The translations under genes and the position numbers were made by a program. DNA of 63,823 nt, counting the filler, from Chiloscyllium plagiosum (Eukaryota): assembly GCF_004010195.1 (NCBI RefSeq). It is 5 parts of one record of this genome, joined end to end, with 100 filler letters (N's around TTAATTAATTAA, not from the genome) between each part and the next. Parts side by side here need not be neighbours in the genome. Positions count along the whole stretch, not along the records: positions 62,125 to 63,823 come from NC_057710.1; 4 more parts are not named here. One strand, written 5' to 3'. Shown here one piece after another: positions 63,546 to 63,823 of the stretch (its first letter is position 1; every line of letters begins with the position of its first letter). The notes under the pieces are model-generated. The model saw only the letters and a list, made by a program, of their open reading frames with translations, made no database searches and was not told where the DNA came from.

Positions 63546-63736
63546 CTGATGTCTGTCCCTGCACGTACAGTGTCCTCGCAATGATAGCTGTCATGTGCCA
63601 AAGTGCAGAAGTACAGAAGTGCACTGAGTGAATTGGGCACATGATATAACAGTACAGTGAGGTTGGTGCACTTAGCATGCCCATGTCCGTGGATATAGGG
63701 TGCATGTGCTGCTGCCTATGGGTCATTCTCTAATAC

Positions 63737-63823
63737 CATAGAATCCAGACTCTGCAGAAACAGGCCCTTCAGCCCACCAAGTCAACACTGACTCTCCGAA
63801 GAGTAATCCCCCCAGACCCATGC
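63737..63823 (-). mobile_element. HE1-like SINE 3' end (continues beyond the window)
   Basis: catagaatcc..gaaacaggcccttcagccca..aagtc; similar to ~48850-48950 and 30860-30930. Confidence 0.65.

Noticed and set aside
1..63823. CRISPR arrays, operons or other prokaryotic systems
   Set aside because: None seen; the sequence is vertebrate, with spliceosomal introns and vertebrate TEs.

Overview
Repeat-dense vertebrate genomic DNA from a gapped draft assembly, most likely a shark: it carries HE1-type V-SINEs and abundant CR1 and Penelope elements. Three host genes are partly present, mostly as spliced exons that the ORF track misses. (1) The last two coding exons of a short peptidoglycan-recognition protein (PGRP; + strand, 6789-6907 and 8015-8190), which keeps the amidase His/Cys residues. 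(2) The last exon and ~2.9 kb 3' UTR of SLAIN2 (- strand, CDS 27236-27302, ending DESWKDGCY*). (3) The last three coding exons of NIPAL1 (- strand, 50640-55681). The rest is mobile DNA: many CR1 LINEs, two Tx1/L1-clade LINEs, an L1 5' end, a decayed Gypsy pol, and a class I endogenous retrovirus (18063-20532) with 5-bp TSD, two LTRs, integrase and an internally deleted env. The most striking signal is a family of Penelope-derived fold-back insertions with 15-16 bp target-site duplications that carry minimal type I hammerhead ribozyme motifs. Four 100-bp N-TTAATTAATTAA-N linkers and three sized gaps limit conclusions about gene order. Boundaries of old repeats are approximate.
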